A stretch of 58,753 nt of DNA from Phoronis australis (GCA_002633005.1 NMRA01000203.1:157579-216331), one strand, 5' to 3'; positions 13,630 through 27,009 are shown, numbered from the stretch's first letter. The notes: generated from the letters alone by a model not told the origin. Program-made: numbers and translations.

Positions 13630-14265
13630 TTCTTCGTCCACATATTTAAATGTGGACATATTATGCCCTCATCTCCATCCGTCCGCTCGTCTGTCCGGGC
13701 GGCGTCTGTCTGGTGTCCGCTGCTCTAACTCCAAAACCGATTGACGTATGTTCATGAAATTTGGAACGTGTTCCTTTCATGGATGGGACGGCATGAGTGA
13801 ACTTTTGGACGTATCTCACTACCAGTGTGCTCCCTAGTGGCAATTTTATTTTTTTACGCTTACTTCTGTATCTTCAAATGTCCTAAACATATTTTCACAA
13901 AATGTAGTATATAGGCATCTATTAGTGAGACGATGATATCCTACTGTTTTTGGATGGATTCGACGTAGTTTGTGCCACCTAGTGGCCATTTTTACTGTTT
14001 TCAATTCTGTTTTTTAGCGTCCACCCCTCTATCAGCCGAAGCGCTCAAAGCATGATTGTAAAAATTGGCATGTGTGTTCTTACTATGAAGAGGACCACTG
14101 ACGATGATTTTCCGACGACTTTGACCACTGTGGCCCTTCCTAGTGGTAGTTTTTTTGTGCCTTTGACTATATCTCTTAAACCGTTTGAGGATCTTTACTA
14201 AATTTAGTAAGTGCATTTATATGATGGTGACAACAGATGACAACAACTTTCGGACAGATAAGACT
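13630..14265 (+). mobile_element. HINE-like copy in thioredoxin intron 2
   Basis: gtccacatatttaaatgtggac hairpin, GTCC/GTCT repeats, colinear similarity to 4934-5560. Confidence 0.65.
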
Positions 14266-14339
14266 GTCCCACCGCTGAAAATGTCTGTAAAGTACCTTTT
14301 ATTGCATGCAGAATGTTCAACATTATGCAAATGGTTTCA

Positions 14340-15210
14340 AAGGGTTACCTGGTGGATAAATCTGGTCGAACTCAGATACACTGTATTTGCGCGTGTGTGG
14401 CATTGCTAATCCACAACTAGACTTGTCTCGCAGTGTTTATTTATGATGCATGGACTTACGTAGAATATTTTACAACTGGTTCCATGCGGTTACCTCTTGG
14501 GTTGATTTACCTTATATTTTAGCACTTATTTACTCGTCTGGCAGGGACACCTCACCACTGAAATTGTCTGGCATCTTACTGTTGTGCGATATGCAGTGAT
14601 GCTGAGCATCATGCAGTTGGTTTCAAACGGTTACCTCGTGGGTTGATCTAATTCAACTAAGGTCTTTGAGCGTGTCTGGCGGGGCTGACCCACCACTAGA
14701 TTTGTCTGGCAGTGTTTATTCGTGATACCTGGGCTTACGGTGAATATTTTGGAACTGGTTTTAAGCAGTTACCTCTTGGGTTGATCTAGCTCAATTTTTA
14801 ACCCTTTTTGATAACCGTCTGGCAGGGGCGCCCCACCACTGAAATTGTCAGGCATCTAACAGTTGTGCCATGTACAGTGATGCTGAACATCGTGCAATTG
14901 GTTTTAAACGGTTACCTGATGGATTGATCTTGCTCAACTCGGGTATTTGGGCGTGTCTTGCGAGGCTAACCCACCACTAGATTTGTCTGGCAGTGTTCAT
15001 TCGTGATACCTGGGCTCACGGTGAATATTTTGCAACTGGTTTCACGCGGTTACCCCTTGGATTGATCTAGCTCAATTTTTTTACCGTCTGGCTGATACTC
15101 CCCACCACTGAAATTGTCTGGCAGTGACTAATTTTGATACAGTGGATTAGGTTGAAAGTATCCAAGGCAGTTTGAAGTGGTTACCAGAAAAGTTGATCTA
15201 GCTCACTTTT
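14340..15210. repeat. Degenerate tandem repeat, ~140-bp units x6-7
   Basis: ggttacc...ttgatcta...ccaccact...ttgtctggca recurs every ~132-145 bp, with two alternating variants. Confidence 0.7.
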
Positions 15211-15899
15211 TGACTGTCATTCTCTTGGCTCCCCTGACCACATCTACCAGAGCGAACCTGCCAGACGGCCATTTCCAAGCATTAGGATACCCATAGAGCA
15301 CTGTGGCACCAAAGAAAATTGGTTACCTTTTCATGCCCAAAAAAGCAATGGGATCCCGGTCCAGAAAGTTTTCCCCCTAATTTATTACCTAAACGTGTAC
15401 TGTTGCTGAAATTTGACATACCCATGAGTCAGGGCTGACTTCAGTAGGCGAGTGTTGACTGCGGGAGATGTGGAGACGTACTTTATGATTATGTATTAAT
15501 TACCATTGGTCATATGCAATGAACAGGTAAAATTTGTTCAATAAATGGTAAAAAGAAGAAAATGAGAATAACAACCAAACATGAAAGCTCATGGAGGAGC
15601 GAAACCTGGCGAAATTAACTGAAAACACCTTAATGAAGACGATGATGATGACGATCATGACGATGATGGTGATGATGAACATGATGATAACATTCATCGG
15701 ACGAATGAAGACGTCAGAAATGAGTGAGAAATATAAGGAAAACCAACAGAAATGCAGCAAAATCAGTCAACAAAGGAACGGCGTTATCAGAAAATCTTGA
15801 ATAATTCAAAAAGCAGACGTCCTAGCGAAAAATGGAAAAATCTGAAAGCCTGTTCAAAACTATTTAATGATGTGTTTTCTGAACTTTTCAAATTTTGCA

Positions 15900-16510
15900 T
15901 ATTTTTCAAAATTTGAAGTCAAATATCTCAATAACAGTAAATGAGAAAAAACTACCGGATTGCAAGTCATTCGAAAGAGTATACCTAAGAGAATCCTCAT
16001 GCAAAAATTCATGTCATTTCTGCTTCCCGTTTAAAATGGTACCCCAGAACGATTGAAAATGGATGAACACGCATCATACCCACCATCTTGAAAACAACTT
16101 CCAGTTTAACAGCAGTCAATAATAGCTAGCTACAGGAAACTTGCATGAGAAAAATTTCAAAGCCATTGGTCCTACAATGCACCCTCTACGGGACAAAGTT
16201 TTCATCCCGAAATCGAGGTGTATTGGCCGATATTTCCGCCATTTTTCACCGGAAGTAAAGTTTTTCCGCCACATGAGCATTTGAATCCAAATTCGAAAAC
16301 AAAATGGCCACCACATCCGCCATCTTGGATCCAATTATGACAAAAGGCAATAGGCTTCATGGACTTCTGGGGCTACAAGTTATTTGTAAATTCCATGCGA
16401 ATCGTACAATAAATGTGACCTGTAGAGTGCGAACAAAAAAAAACTTGATGTCAGAGCAACAAACTCTGCAGAATTTTATTTTGCCCTGGGTAAAAATAGC
16501 AAAACATTGA
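15900..16510 (-). mobile_element. Probable second non-autonomous Helitron/HINE-type family fragment
   Basis: Repeated ccatctt/aaaatggc motifs and terminal hairpin tttgccctgggtaaa; single copy in window, family call is inference. Confidence 0.3.
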
Positions 16511-18274
16511 CGCACACGATGATACCAATACGTTTTCAAGGACAACATGACCATCATTCTGGAATCATTCCTGAACTGACTCACAGAATCTCAGGTCATG
16601 GAAATAGGTGGGAATAGTCTATGATTTTCTGATCTCGCCTGAGGTACAAAATTGTGCTCAAATTGAAAAGGTCTTGTACTTTGATAACAGAAAGGAGGTG
16701 TACATTATGCCATGTTGCATATTATTCAATGTAGTATATACTTCTAAGTCTTTGAAGTAGATTCCCCTTTGAGAAAATGACTTTAAACCGGTGGTTTATG
16801 AACTTTTTGGCGACTACTTGAACATAGTAAAACTGGATGTATGGTACTTATGAATTGCGTGAAATTAGAACGAAGTAAAATATTCTTATGGAATTACCGA
16901 CAGTGTGCTAAAGTCAAATGATCTTGCAGAAATATAATTTTGAACTAGACGTGTTCCGACGCAGGTGTTTTTAATCTGGGAAATGTTCAAAGTGTAGGTC
17001 GCATTTGTACCCATAGTTATCAGTTTTGATTACCACTTGATCACGTATTCTCATCTTTCCATCGAAAATTGTTTTATTTACTAGTGTAATTTGTAAATAT
17101 GCTGTAGGTGATAGAAAAAAGGTTTATTTTGGGAACAACATCAACAACCAGTGGACCACTAGCGCAGATTTTAACCACATAAATACATGAAAACGGCAAG
17201 CGCAAAAGCTGGGATTGGCTTTAGCATCTGTTCAACCATGATCCATCATTCTGAGTTCGATGTCACTTTCGGAGTTTGTAAACATTGTAAGCATATTGTT
17301 TCAAATTTACAGGCTTCCAAGCCTGGCACACAATATTATGACTTTGCGAAAAGCTAATGTCAGGATCGTACTGCGCTGGATGTGCCGCGGAACTGTAGTC
17401 TTGCATGGTGACTTAAAAATGCAGAACACTGGCCAAGGGCTATAGATCAAGCCTGACGGATTCATGTTTGGCCCCATAGTTGTGGTTCCACCTAACAGAA
17501 ACAAAAATGAAGTGTGGACGGAGACTTTCTTAAAAACAGCTGTATTTTCAAAACAAAAACGGCATTGTATTCACTGGGGCAGTCAGTCTAACTGAACTCG
17601 TTATCATCATGAGTCTAAGATCGAATGTGATGAAAACTTTGTTATTTACAACTGGTCATAATCATTTGTTCAGTTGCCGTGGTCGCCTTCAACCTTTGAA
17701 TTAGTGGTGTTACGCAGCCGAAGGAAGGTCATGTAATAGTGACACATTAAAACTAGGTTAATTTGTTTCACCCTGTTCGGGGACGATAAATTGCATCTGC
17801 ACGCAATGTGACTAAAGCCTGACAACCTATTGCAAAACTGAAACTGACAGACGGCCGTCAATATAAAGTCGGCTGGGTTGTCGCCTTATGAGTCGGCAAT
17901 GCAGTTGACTGATGGTCGGCTGAAAATTAGCCAACTGGTTACCTACTTTGCCAGTCGGGCAACGACCGGTCATTGACTCCTAGCTAACCGGTCGAATAAA
18001 AATTCGTGATGTTTGCTCGCACTAAATTAGACTTGGCATCACTGTGGTTTTGTTTGTAATCATTCCTCATTTAGGTAAGCATGTGATGTTTTTCATAATG
18101 GAACTGGGCTAAATGGCATGTAATATTTTGGCTTACCTCATGCTATATTTTTATTTTTGAAGTTTTTAATTTTCTGCAACACGTAACCTTAGCTTTTTCT
18201 TTTAAGTTTACAGGTGTGTTTGCACTGGATCAGCTAATTTTTAACATCAGACAAAATCTCATTTCTATTTACAG

Positions 18275-18331
18275 GAGATGGAAAAAGACTTTCCCAATGT
18301 TGTGTTTCTTAAAGTCGATGTTGACCAATTG
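18275..18331 (+). CDS. TXN: Thioredoxin, coding exon 3 (EMEKDFPNVVFLKVDVDQL)
   Basis: tttacag acceptor, gtaagt donor; FLKVDVD thioredoxin motif; 57 nt. Confidence 0.95.
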
Positions 18332-18414
18332 GTAAGTAGTTCTCGAGGTATATTTAATGAGTTACTCCAGCTTGGTAAGTAGTTCTCGAGGTATATTTAA
18401 TGAGTTACACCAGC
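18329..18414 (+). repeat. 43-bp tandem duplication spanning thioredoxin exon-3 donor
   Basis: ttggtaagtagttctcgaggtatatttaatgagttac(t/a)ccagc x2, one mismatch. Confidence 0.9.
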
Positions 18415-21400
18415 TTTTCACAACTTGTGTTAATATGTGGTAGAATAGGTTTTTCATTGCTTTCTGAAGTGATGTATCGTGTTAAATGGGTAAATCACTT
18501 GTTGAAAAGCATTGAGAGTCTGGTGAGTCAGATGTTTCTGCCTTCTATCTAAGCTTGGCATGCGCCAGACCTTTAAAGGTATTAGCCAAAATAGCTAAAG
18601 CGTCTGAAAACTTTTAGACATTATAAAAAATTATTAGCCAAATACTCTTTTCCCAATCCCTGCAATTACTTTTTCGCGAGTTACGTTTGGGTTATGCCTG
18701 CTACATGGGTTGGTTATACTCATACAGTGTGGTTTGCATGTTACTCAGATCAGTCCTTAAAAATTCACCATTAATATCAGAGCATGTAACTACCTATTAA
18801 CAGGCTTGGGTATGGGTTATGAAATCGTCTCTTATTTGTGGTTTTTTCTAAGAGTTGTGTTGTTAGTTCAGCGACAATACGTTTTAGCCTAAACAACTGC
18901 TAACAATGTCTACTTGAGGGGCCACACGGAAAGAGTCCTGACTGCATAAATAATTTTTTTGCCATTTATGGATTTGCTGTAACTAGTGTGCACCCAAAAA
19001 GCTACCTATGTTAGATGATTCTCATATAACTGGTGTGAAAGTAAAATGTCCTCTTGTATGAAATCTCTTCATTCCATTTATTTGAACATAAGCATCCAGG
19101 TAATGGTCCTTATGCCTGCAGTCAAAAATTTGCAGGTAGTGCATTCTTTACACGACACTAATCCTTGCTAGAGAGGTTGGTGATTTAGTGGGATTTTACA
19201 GTAGTTGAAAATCGTGCGACTACTGTGTGGTGAGAGCTTGCAATTCACAAAATTACTGGAGGATGTAATAAATAATTCTAATGATGTTGGTGTTTCTCAA
19301 ATACATGTAACTGACATTTTTGGACACTACATTTGCACGTCTGTCAAATACTTATCTGCTGAGTACTATATCGCTATCTGAAGCTTCTTCCCTTCTTGGG
19401 CTTGAGCAAAAATGGTGCTTCTTTAAATTTCAACGTTTTCGGTAACAACGTTTGAAAGTACAAATTATTTGTCTATTTTTCCTTCTTTTCAAAGCCGAAT
19501 AAGCTCATGTAACGATATTAAGTGCTCAAAAAATCCAAATGTATGAAGATACAATATCAAGAAAGAATCATGGATCTTTGAACTTCTTTAATCAACCAAC
19601 AGAAAAAGTTGTTGACAGAACTTCCCAGTAGAGCGGACTGGGTATTAACCCAGATCTTCCAGAACTTTGTGCAATAGATTGCTCCCTCCGCCATTTGGGC
19701 AACTTTATCCCGCAGCCAGATTTTGAGGAGGCAGTCATAATGGAAAAGAAGGCACTGATCTGGGCCTCTTTGAGCAAGTCATCTCATTTAAAACTTTTTT
19801 CTGGCTATTCTTCGCTGATCTCATCTCTTAAGCCATGACATGCAGGGAAACACTTGACACCAGTTCTTTGTGCAGATGCAACTTTTCCATCAAGAACACT
19901 TTCCGTCAATCTGGAGCTCTGTTTGTCTTAGTGTAGTGCCTGCCTGCCCTCAATTTCACTTGAACAGGACCATGGCCACTTCTCATAAGAAGCCGGTGGA
20001 AGTGACGATGCTCCAAATGCTTAGACACTCACTGCTTTGCAATGTCATGGAGAATACCTTTCAAAACTGCACACTACAGCAGCCATATGCCCATAAACAG
20101 GATGTTCTACTGCTCTAGCGCCACAAGGTGTCACTTGCTGAAATCACCCCTGCACTAAGAGTCTGATGACAACTCTGATAACCAACCAGTCTGAGAGCAA
20201 AGAAATTGCACGCAAGATAATTCTGCATGCTACATAATGTTTCTGCTGCCAATTAAATGACTTACATTCGTTATTTGTATTTTATTTTACTGAGCAATTA
20301 CAGCGAATACTTGACATTCGACTACAAAAAATGCACATTTTCAGTAGAATTTCTATGCATGAAGTCAAAAAAGACCAGACTTTTGATATTTGTTGTGGTA
20401 ACTTTTATTCATTGTCTACAAACTTCAAGAGTCATTTTGTCCTTACCAATAACTTTGAGTTTGGGCACTTAAATTAGGTGGTATGAGAAAACAATTGCTC
20501 CCACAAAGAGGGATAATTTCATCTCTTTTGAAAATTATATTTTTGGACTGGGGGTTGACTATTATACATGCCTACACACTATCGAATATCAGTCTGTAAT
20601 CAACACAATTCTGTGACGTGTCATGTAGATTTGTTTGATTCCATAGGTTCTATCAGAAGTTGCTACTTAATCATTTTGGCCATGATCACAATCCCGCTAA
20701 TGCTTGAGCAAACTAAGGAGGCACACTACAGTTATTACAGGGTTTTGGCTACCTATGCATACCTTCGTGGAGATGAGGCCTTTTCACACATCCTTATCAA
20801 GAGACTGAAAAAACAAAAAAACGTTTTTTTTAACATTCCCAACTCGCACTCATGGTAACTGAAACTAAGTTATGCTACAGATTTTAATTCGGTTAATTCA
20901 CATTGAATAAAATCCCAGCATAGAAAAATAGGACTCAAAACTCCAAATTTGACAGTTTTCTCCGTAAATTTCCACTTCCCCATTTATTTAAATTCTAGGG
21001 ACTACAAAAATGCAAAATGCTCCTGGCCGCAGCCTAACTGTTCAGTGCCACCTGACTGGAGACAGGTTTCAAAATGTCAAGCCAGTTTTTATTGGCTAAA
21101 AATGAATTTCTTCCTGCCATAAGTCCAAAGATAAATGTCATTTTGTTGAACAATGCTACCTTGCAGTGATTCAGTTGCTGGACATGCCATGTTGTGAGGA
21201 TTATGAAAATTGGTGTAGAAGCACTGTTTAAACTGACATCTGAAAAATTAGTGAAGGTAGAATCTCAAAAGCTGCAGACTGAGCTTATTACAATGTTTTT
21301 TGTCTATTAACATATGAATTCTGGGGCCCTTGGAAAGCAAAATATGTGTTTCAGTTTAAATCAAAAATGGCTTTACAGCAAATGCCATTTTTTTACGTAA

Positions 21401-21474
21401 GCCTCACTAGATTATGTCTTATGGAGACCTCATGATCCAACAAATTTTGGAATGTTTCATTTTCTGTTTTTAAG

Positions 21475-21543
21475 GACGATGTTGCTCAAGATGCGGGCAT
21501 TTCAGCCATGCCTACGTTTATAGCTTACAAAGGTGGTGAAAAG
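21475..21543 (+). CDS. TXN: Thioredoxin, coding exon 4 (DDVAQDAGISAMPTFIAYKGGEK)
   Basis: Pyrimidine tract + taag acceptor, gtaagt donor; cis-Pro motif AMPTF; 69 nt. Confidence 0.95.
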
Positions 21544-21752
21544 GTAAGTAAATTCTGCATTGTCAGCTATACTCCAGGTGTGGAGTGAAATTTCTGCCTT
21601 GTTCATCAGGTGGATATAAACCTGTGTTTTGTTTATGCCGCTAACTTTTAGTTTAGACTACATTTCCCTGTAAAATTGATCTCAACGTGTTCCTTACTCA
21701 GATGAGTGATTTGCTGACTTGCAAACAACTACTCCAGACCATGTTTGACAAG

Positions 21753-21907
21753 TAAAATGACACAGCAGGACAATTTGTCTTGTACACCTGGTCTTAAGCA
21801 ATAAAATGACACACCATGACAATTCATCTTGTAAAGCCTGGTCTCTAAGCAATAAAATGACACACCACGACAATTCATCTTGTACAGCCTGGTCTCTAAG
21901 CAATAAA
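21753..21907. repeat. Minisatellite, ~51 bp x3
   Basis: taaaatgacacacca(t/c)gacaattcatcttgta(a/c)agcctggtctctaagcaa. Confidence 0.85.
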
Positions 21908-22975
21908 GAACTGTCAGTTCTTCAAAAACCCGGAAACCACAATCAAAAGTTGGTTTATGTGATGAAAGTCTGCTTTGGGTGAAATCTTACCATTTCAAGT
22001 TTGATGACATTAGCCAAACAATTGGAGTACTTTATATGGCCCCACAGGTGGATTACAAAAGTGGCCGAGCAGGAGAGTCAACGCTCACTGGACCACTTGG
22101 ACCCTACTGTGTCCACAGCTATGTTGTAAGGTCCTAGCTACTATTTGTGGACATGTTTTCATCTTGGAATGGGACATGCCATTGAGTTCACTGCTATATA
22201 CATGCCATCTTCAGTTCTGTGTAAGAGTCACATCACTTGCCATGAAGTCAGCATTTGGTCTTTTTATTAGTGAAGTGACTTCCCAAACACTGCCCTGTTT
22301 GTATTTAGGAGAACCTAAGGCAAATAAGGATAGAGATACATCATTTCATAAACTAGTGTGTAAGAATTAGACTATGTGAAGGCCAGTCCTTGGTTTGTTT
22401 GAAACAAATGTCACTTGATCCTAAATTTCCAAAGAATTGCATTTCAAAAATGGGGAAAGGACCTGAAAGAGAGTAAAAGGTAGAGTTCACTCTGCTTTGC
22501 TGTAGTTGTAAAGTGTAGTTCACTTATGTGCATCTCCTGAAAGTACCACAACTTTCGTGGTAGAAAAGGGAGAGTCAGTGTTTTAAGTTAGGTCACCTAA
22601 TACTGTAATACACGAGTGTTACAGTAAGTGGTTGAAGGGACTTATTATCTTGACTAGGGGTGGGATGGTACACATTTTTAGGAATTTGATTACTTTCGAT
22701 TCCATTCTTGTTTGTCATATTATTTCATTTTTTCTCCAACATATATTAACTAAGAAACAAGCCTAGATCTCAATAATACTCCTTAGAAGATCGACATATG
22801 TCGAAACTTTGTAAAATAGTGAACATCAAAACTTTGAACTTAGAATTTAATCAAAATGGGCCATGACGTTACGTTATGTCACTCACGCATCACGATTTGA
22901 TTGCAATTGCATTAATTATGGCACCATTAAGTGCCATCTGTTGTCACTTGCATAAAGCATTTGTTTCTTTTGTAG

Positions 22976-23050
22976 TTTGAGGACTTGGTTGGAGCAAGTG
23001 AAATTAAACTGAAGGAGTTGATCACTAAACTTTCACAAGCCTCTGGATAA
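22976..23050 (+). CDS. TXN: Thioredoxin, coding exon 5 (FEDLVGASEIKLKELITKLSQASG*)
   Basis: tttcttttgtag acceptor; VGA..KL C-terminal helix; TAA at 23048-23050. Spliced protein 107 aa. Confidence 0.93.
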   Translation, partial: FEDLVGASEIKLKELITKLSQASG

Positions 23051-23121
23051 GAAGTGTCTGCAAACTTTGGCCCTTTGATATGCATGTATGGTCTCAAATA
23101 AATTAAAATTTGAAATTCATG

Positions 23122-24821
23122 TTGCAGGGGCACAGCTAATCCTTTAGCTGGTGTGTACTGACATCTTGTTGCACTGTGAATTGAGTAGGAGGTACTAACA
23201 TTCAGTCTACAAAGCTACATTGGTGACAATAAAGTATAAAGTAATCATGCCGTGTTGTTTGCCTTGTTGCTAACTAGAGGTGTGTTGGTAGCTGTTCTCC
23301 TGATAAATTGCCTTTCAAGGATTTGTGTCCCAGGGATCCCACATTGTAAGAACCAGACTGGTGCCCATTATTCAGAGCATAAAACTGCTGCTCAAAATCT
23401 GGTACTCCTGTACAATTGACTAAGTGTATTACCGAGAAATGCTTAGTCTGGTACCTTGTGCTCTGTAAAACTTAGTTTGAAGTGATTTAAAGTCACCTGC
23501 AGTAGTATTAGCTGCAAATTTTAACCTTGTCTAAATCATTTTGGCAACCATCTTTTTATTGAATCCATTAATTAATTCAATTGGGTCCATGGTGTTTTCA
23601 TGTCTAATTATGAGCGCTAACACACCAGATTAAACAACCAAACGGTTCTAACCCACTGTTGGTGCTGCCTTGTTCTACAAATTGTCTGCTAGTTTTTTTC
23701 TGTCTGCATGTCTCCAGATTACTACCCAACACTTAAAGCACTAAAAATTGTACTAATCCACCTACAGTATCTTATTCTTAGCTGTCAATTTCAGTTTCAG
23801 ATGTGTTGTAAATAGCTCTCTTGAAACAAATGTTTATGTGCCCGTTTATTCTTATGTGGGTGCATATCATGCGCGCACCCAGGGGGGGGCTCGAACGAGC
23901 CCCCCATTTGGCGAAGTGGGTAAAAAGGTCCGCCCACGTTTTTTTATTTTTAGTCCGCCCGCTCTTTTGTTANTTGCAGGGGCACAGCTAATCCTTTAGC
24001 TGGTGTGTACTGACATCTTGTTGCACTGTGAATTGAGTAGGAGGTACTAACATTCAGTCTACAAAGCTACATTGGTGACAATAAAGTATAAAGTAATCAT
24101 GCCGTGTTGTTTGCATTGTTGCTAACTAGAGGTGTGTTGGTAGCTGTCCTGATAAAGTGCCTTTCAAGGATTTGTGTCCCAGGGGTCCCACATTGTAAGA
24201 ACCAGGCTGGTGCCCATTCTTCAGAGCATGAAACTGCTGCTCAAAATCTGGTACTCCTGTACAATTGACTAAGTGTATTACCGAGAAATGCTTAGTCTGG
24301 TACCATGTGCTCTGTAAAACTTAGTTTGAAGTGATTTAAAGTCACCTGCAGTAGTATTAGCTGCAAATTTTGACCTTGACTAAATCATTTTGGCAACCAT
24401 CTTTTTATTGAATCCATTAATTAATTCAATTGGGTCCATGGTGTTTTCATGTCTAATTATGAGCGCTAACACACCAGATTAAACAACCAAAGGGTTCTAA
24501 CCCAGTGTTGGTGCTGCATTGTTCTAGAAATTGTCTGGTAGTTTTTTTCTGTCTGCATGTCTCCAGATTACTACCCAACACTTAAAACACTAAAAATTGT
24601 ACTAATCCACCTACAGTATCTTATTCTTAGCTGTCAATTTCAGTTTCAGATGTGCTGTAAATAGCTCACTTGAAACAAATGTTTATGTGCCCGTTTATTC
24701 TTATGTGGGTGCATATCATGCGCGCACCCGGGGGGGGGCTCGAACGAGCCCCCCATTTGGCGAAGTGGGTAAAAAGGTCCGCCCACGTTTTTTTATTTTT
24801 AGTCCGCCCGCTCTTTTGTTA
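23122..24821. repeat. ~850-bp direct duplication across an N (23973), probable haplotype/assembly artefact
   Basis: 23122-23972 and 23974-24821 nearly identical with scattered substitutions; first copy breaks off inside MITE B exactly at the N. Confidence 0.85.
23228..23233 (+). terminator. Candidate polyadenylation signal (AATAAA) of thioredoxin
   Basis: AATAAA ~180 nt after the stop, followed by a GT-rich stretch (gtgttgtttg); another AATAAA lies near 23097. Confidence 0.5.
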
Positions 24822-25258
24822 GCAAAAGGTTCACAATGTCGGCAATTCGAGCCCCCCCCCCCAAATTGAAGGCTGGGTGCGCGCATGCATATTGCTGCCA
24901 TCTCTGTCTGAGCGTCTGAAGCTGTATCTCCTAAAGCCCTCACAGGATCATCTTGATGAGATTTTTCAGACGTTTTCATGTGAAACTGACGACAATGACG
25001 ACGAATTTCGGACAGATCTATTTACCGGTTTTCCCCGTAGTAGTAATTTTAGGTTTTTATTTTTTACTTCTGTATCTTGAAAGGTCCTCAAGGATTTTCA
25101 GGAAAATTGGCACTTGGGAGTCAATTGGGGGGGATGACGCTATCCTCCCGTTTTCGGATGGATTCAAGGTGTTTTGCGCCACCCAGAGGCCGTTTTTATT
25201 GTTTTCCTCCGCCTTCTACCAAACCACTCTATAAGGATGATTGTGAAAACTGGCATAC
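24684..25258 (+). mobile_element. HINE-like copy interrupted by MITE B
   Basis: ttatgtgccc...gtgggtgcat head; downstream similarity to 5510-5720 and 5300-5360. Confidence 0.55.
24717..24887. mobile_element. MITE family B (CATGCGCGCACCC TIR) with 5-bp TSD
   Basis: CATGCGCGCACCC...GGGTGCGCGCATG flanked by CATAT on both sides; inserted into a HINE-like element. Partial copies near 85-167, 1265-1310, 30940. Confidence 0.8.
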
Positions 25259-25417
25259 AAGGCCTTAACCAGGGGGGTTTCGAGGGGTTCGATTGAACAA
25301 CCATTGCTCGGAAAAGGTCCAGCCCCACCAGGCGTTACGCATAGGATATAGATGAAAACAATATCAATAAAATTATTGTGAGTTATTACTGGTACTACCA
25401 ACTACAATAATAACCAA

Positions 25418-26023
25418 GGCCCGGTCTCCAATCTTTTTACTCGAAATGGAACTCCAAATTAGGTTTGGCATTTTCTACTCTACTTTTGGGCGAACTCAAG
25501 ATAAGTGTCTATTATTCTATGCTCGAGTACACAATAACTTACGTAGATAATTTATTGCCCTTAGTTCACAGTTTGTAAACCCAATATTAAAGCAATAAGT
25601 TCGAGTTTGAACTCGAAATTTCGAGTTTTTACTCGAGTTTGTAGCACGAATATAAGGGTCTTCAAGGACAAACTTGAACTAGAAACTCCTATGCATAAAC
25701 TATAATGTATTCGAGCACAGTCTGATAACCAATTATCTTAAGTTCGCACAAAAGGAGCAGAGAAATTGCCAAAAATAGTTTCGAGTTCGTTTCGAGTACA
25801 AAGATTAGAGATCGGGCCCAAGTTGCTGATAATTTTAAATGTGATTCCGAATCCAAGTGCTTTACGTAATCACTTGGGACGTACCCGGCCAACTTCGCCG
25901 AATAGCCATGTGTTTGCATACCAGATGACAAGTTCGTGCAAACGACCATTAGAGGAGAGTTATAACGACCGACTATCAAGTTGAACGCGCGTCAGTGGTG
26001 ACTACTATTGGGTAACACGGGCC
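25418..26023. mobile_element. Possible PIF/Harbinger-like MITE
   Basis: GGCCCG...CGGGCC termini, internal CTCGA/TCGAG repeats; flanking triplets not identical. Confidence 0.35.
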
Positions 26024-27009
26024 TAGGACTAAATGTCCCAAAAACTATTGTGTAAATGGCTAAAAATTCACCAACCAACAAAACAGCAAGACAGGTTTGT
26101 TACTTTTTTTCGGTGTAGTTGCCAGCATATAGTGATGCACTGGCATTTTAATTTTCGAATTGAAAATGATCGTCGAATATGCTGCCCATCCAGTGCACGC
26201 TTTGGTGTCATTGGTGGATTGACATGCATGTGATGTGTGCGTTTTCATTCTTTTAAATACAGTAGTCCTACACGTAACTTTAATAGGCAGTCTTCTTTCG
26301 GTGCTTAAAAACAGACATTTCACTATTGTTTTCTTGCACTGAGAAAATCCTTTCGATGAGCATGTTCCCATTATTCGGTAAAAACAGGATTAGAGTAGAC
26401 CTTAAATACATCTTTGGTCAATTATTGTCAATGGTGCCCAACATCGCAGGCTTCATACGGTTAACAAACTAGAAATCTACGTAACACTACTCCTTAGGTT
26501 CATTATTGCAAACCGAGCTCACAACTGAGTCCGACAGACTACTCTAAATGTCTGCTAGGTGAAACTGGCATTCATAAACGATTGTATTTGTTCCCATCCC
26601 ATTTAGCAACCACTTAAACGTGTTTTCAAAAATAATGCTTAAATGATCATAAACTTGTATTTTTGTCCATTTAGTAACCATTTAAATGGAGTACAAAAAT
26701 AAATGGTGCTTAAATTATTGCTTTGCAAATGAGCTCAGTTCCAATCATTCATAATAGTGATTCTTAATCTAAAACAACTAATTTTTAAAACAGGGACAGC
26801 ATCGTTGTTCTCAGTATCATATAGGTACGCCAATGCTCTAAACCGAAATGCGTATTTTTTCACATGGAAGTATAAAATTACTCTTCAGTCCGCAATTTTA
26901 TGCATTTTTGGTGTAGAAAAGTGAAGCTTTGGAGTAACGCCTTCAGAGTAGTGGGCTGTGATCCCATTTTCCGGCGTCACTATGAGCAACTATTAAGTAA
27001 CCTGACAAA

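Noticed and set aside
15500-15850. Met/Asp-rich ORFs and a KWKNLK Myb/SANT-like word
   Set aside because: Low-complexity (GAT)n tract with stops; too little to assign.
19590-20120. Possible decayed transposon coding sequence (LLKEAQISAFFS) on - strand
   Set aside because: Multiple stops/frameshifts; family cannot be named without a search.
22780-22812. Hammerhead/Penelope-like motif (agaagatcgacatatgtcgaaac)
   Set aside because: Lacks the CTGANGA core and supporting stems I/III.
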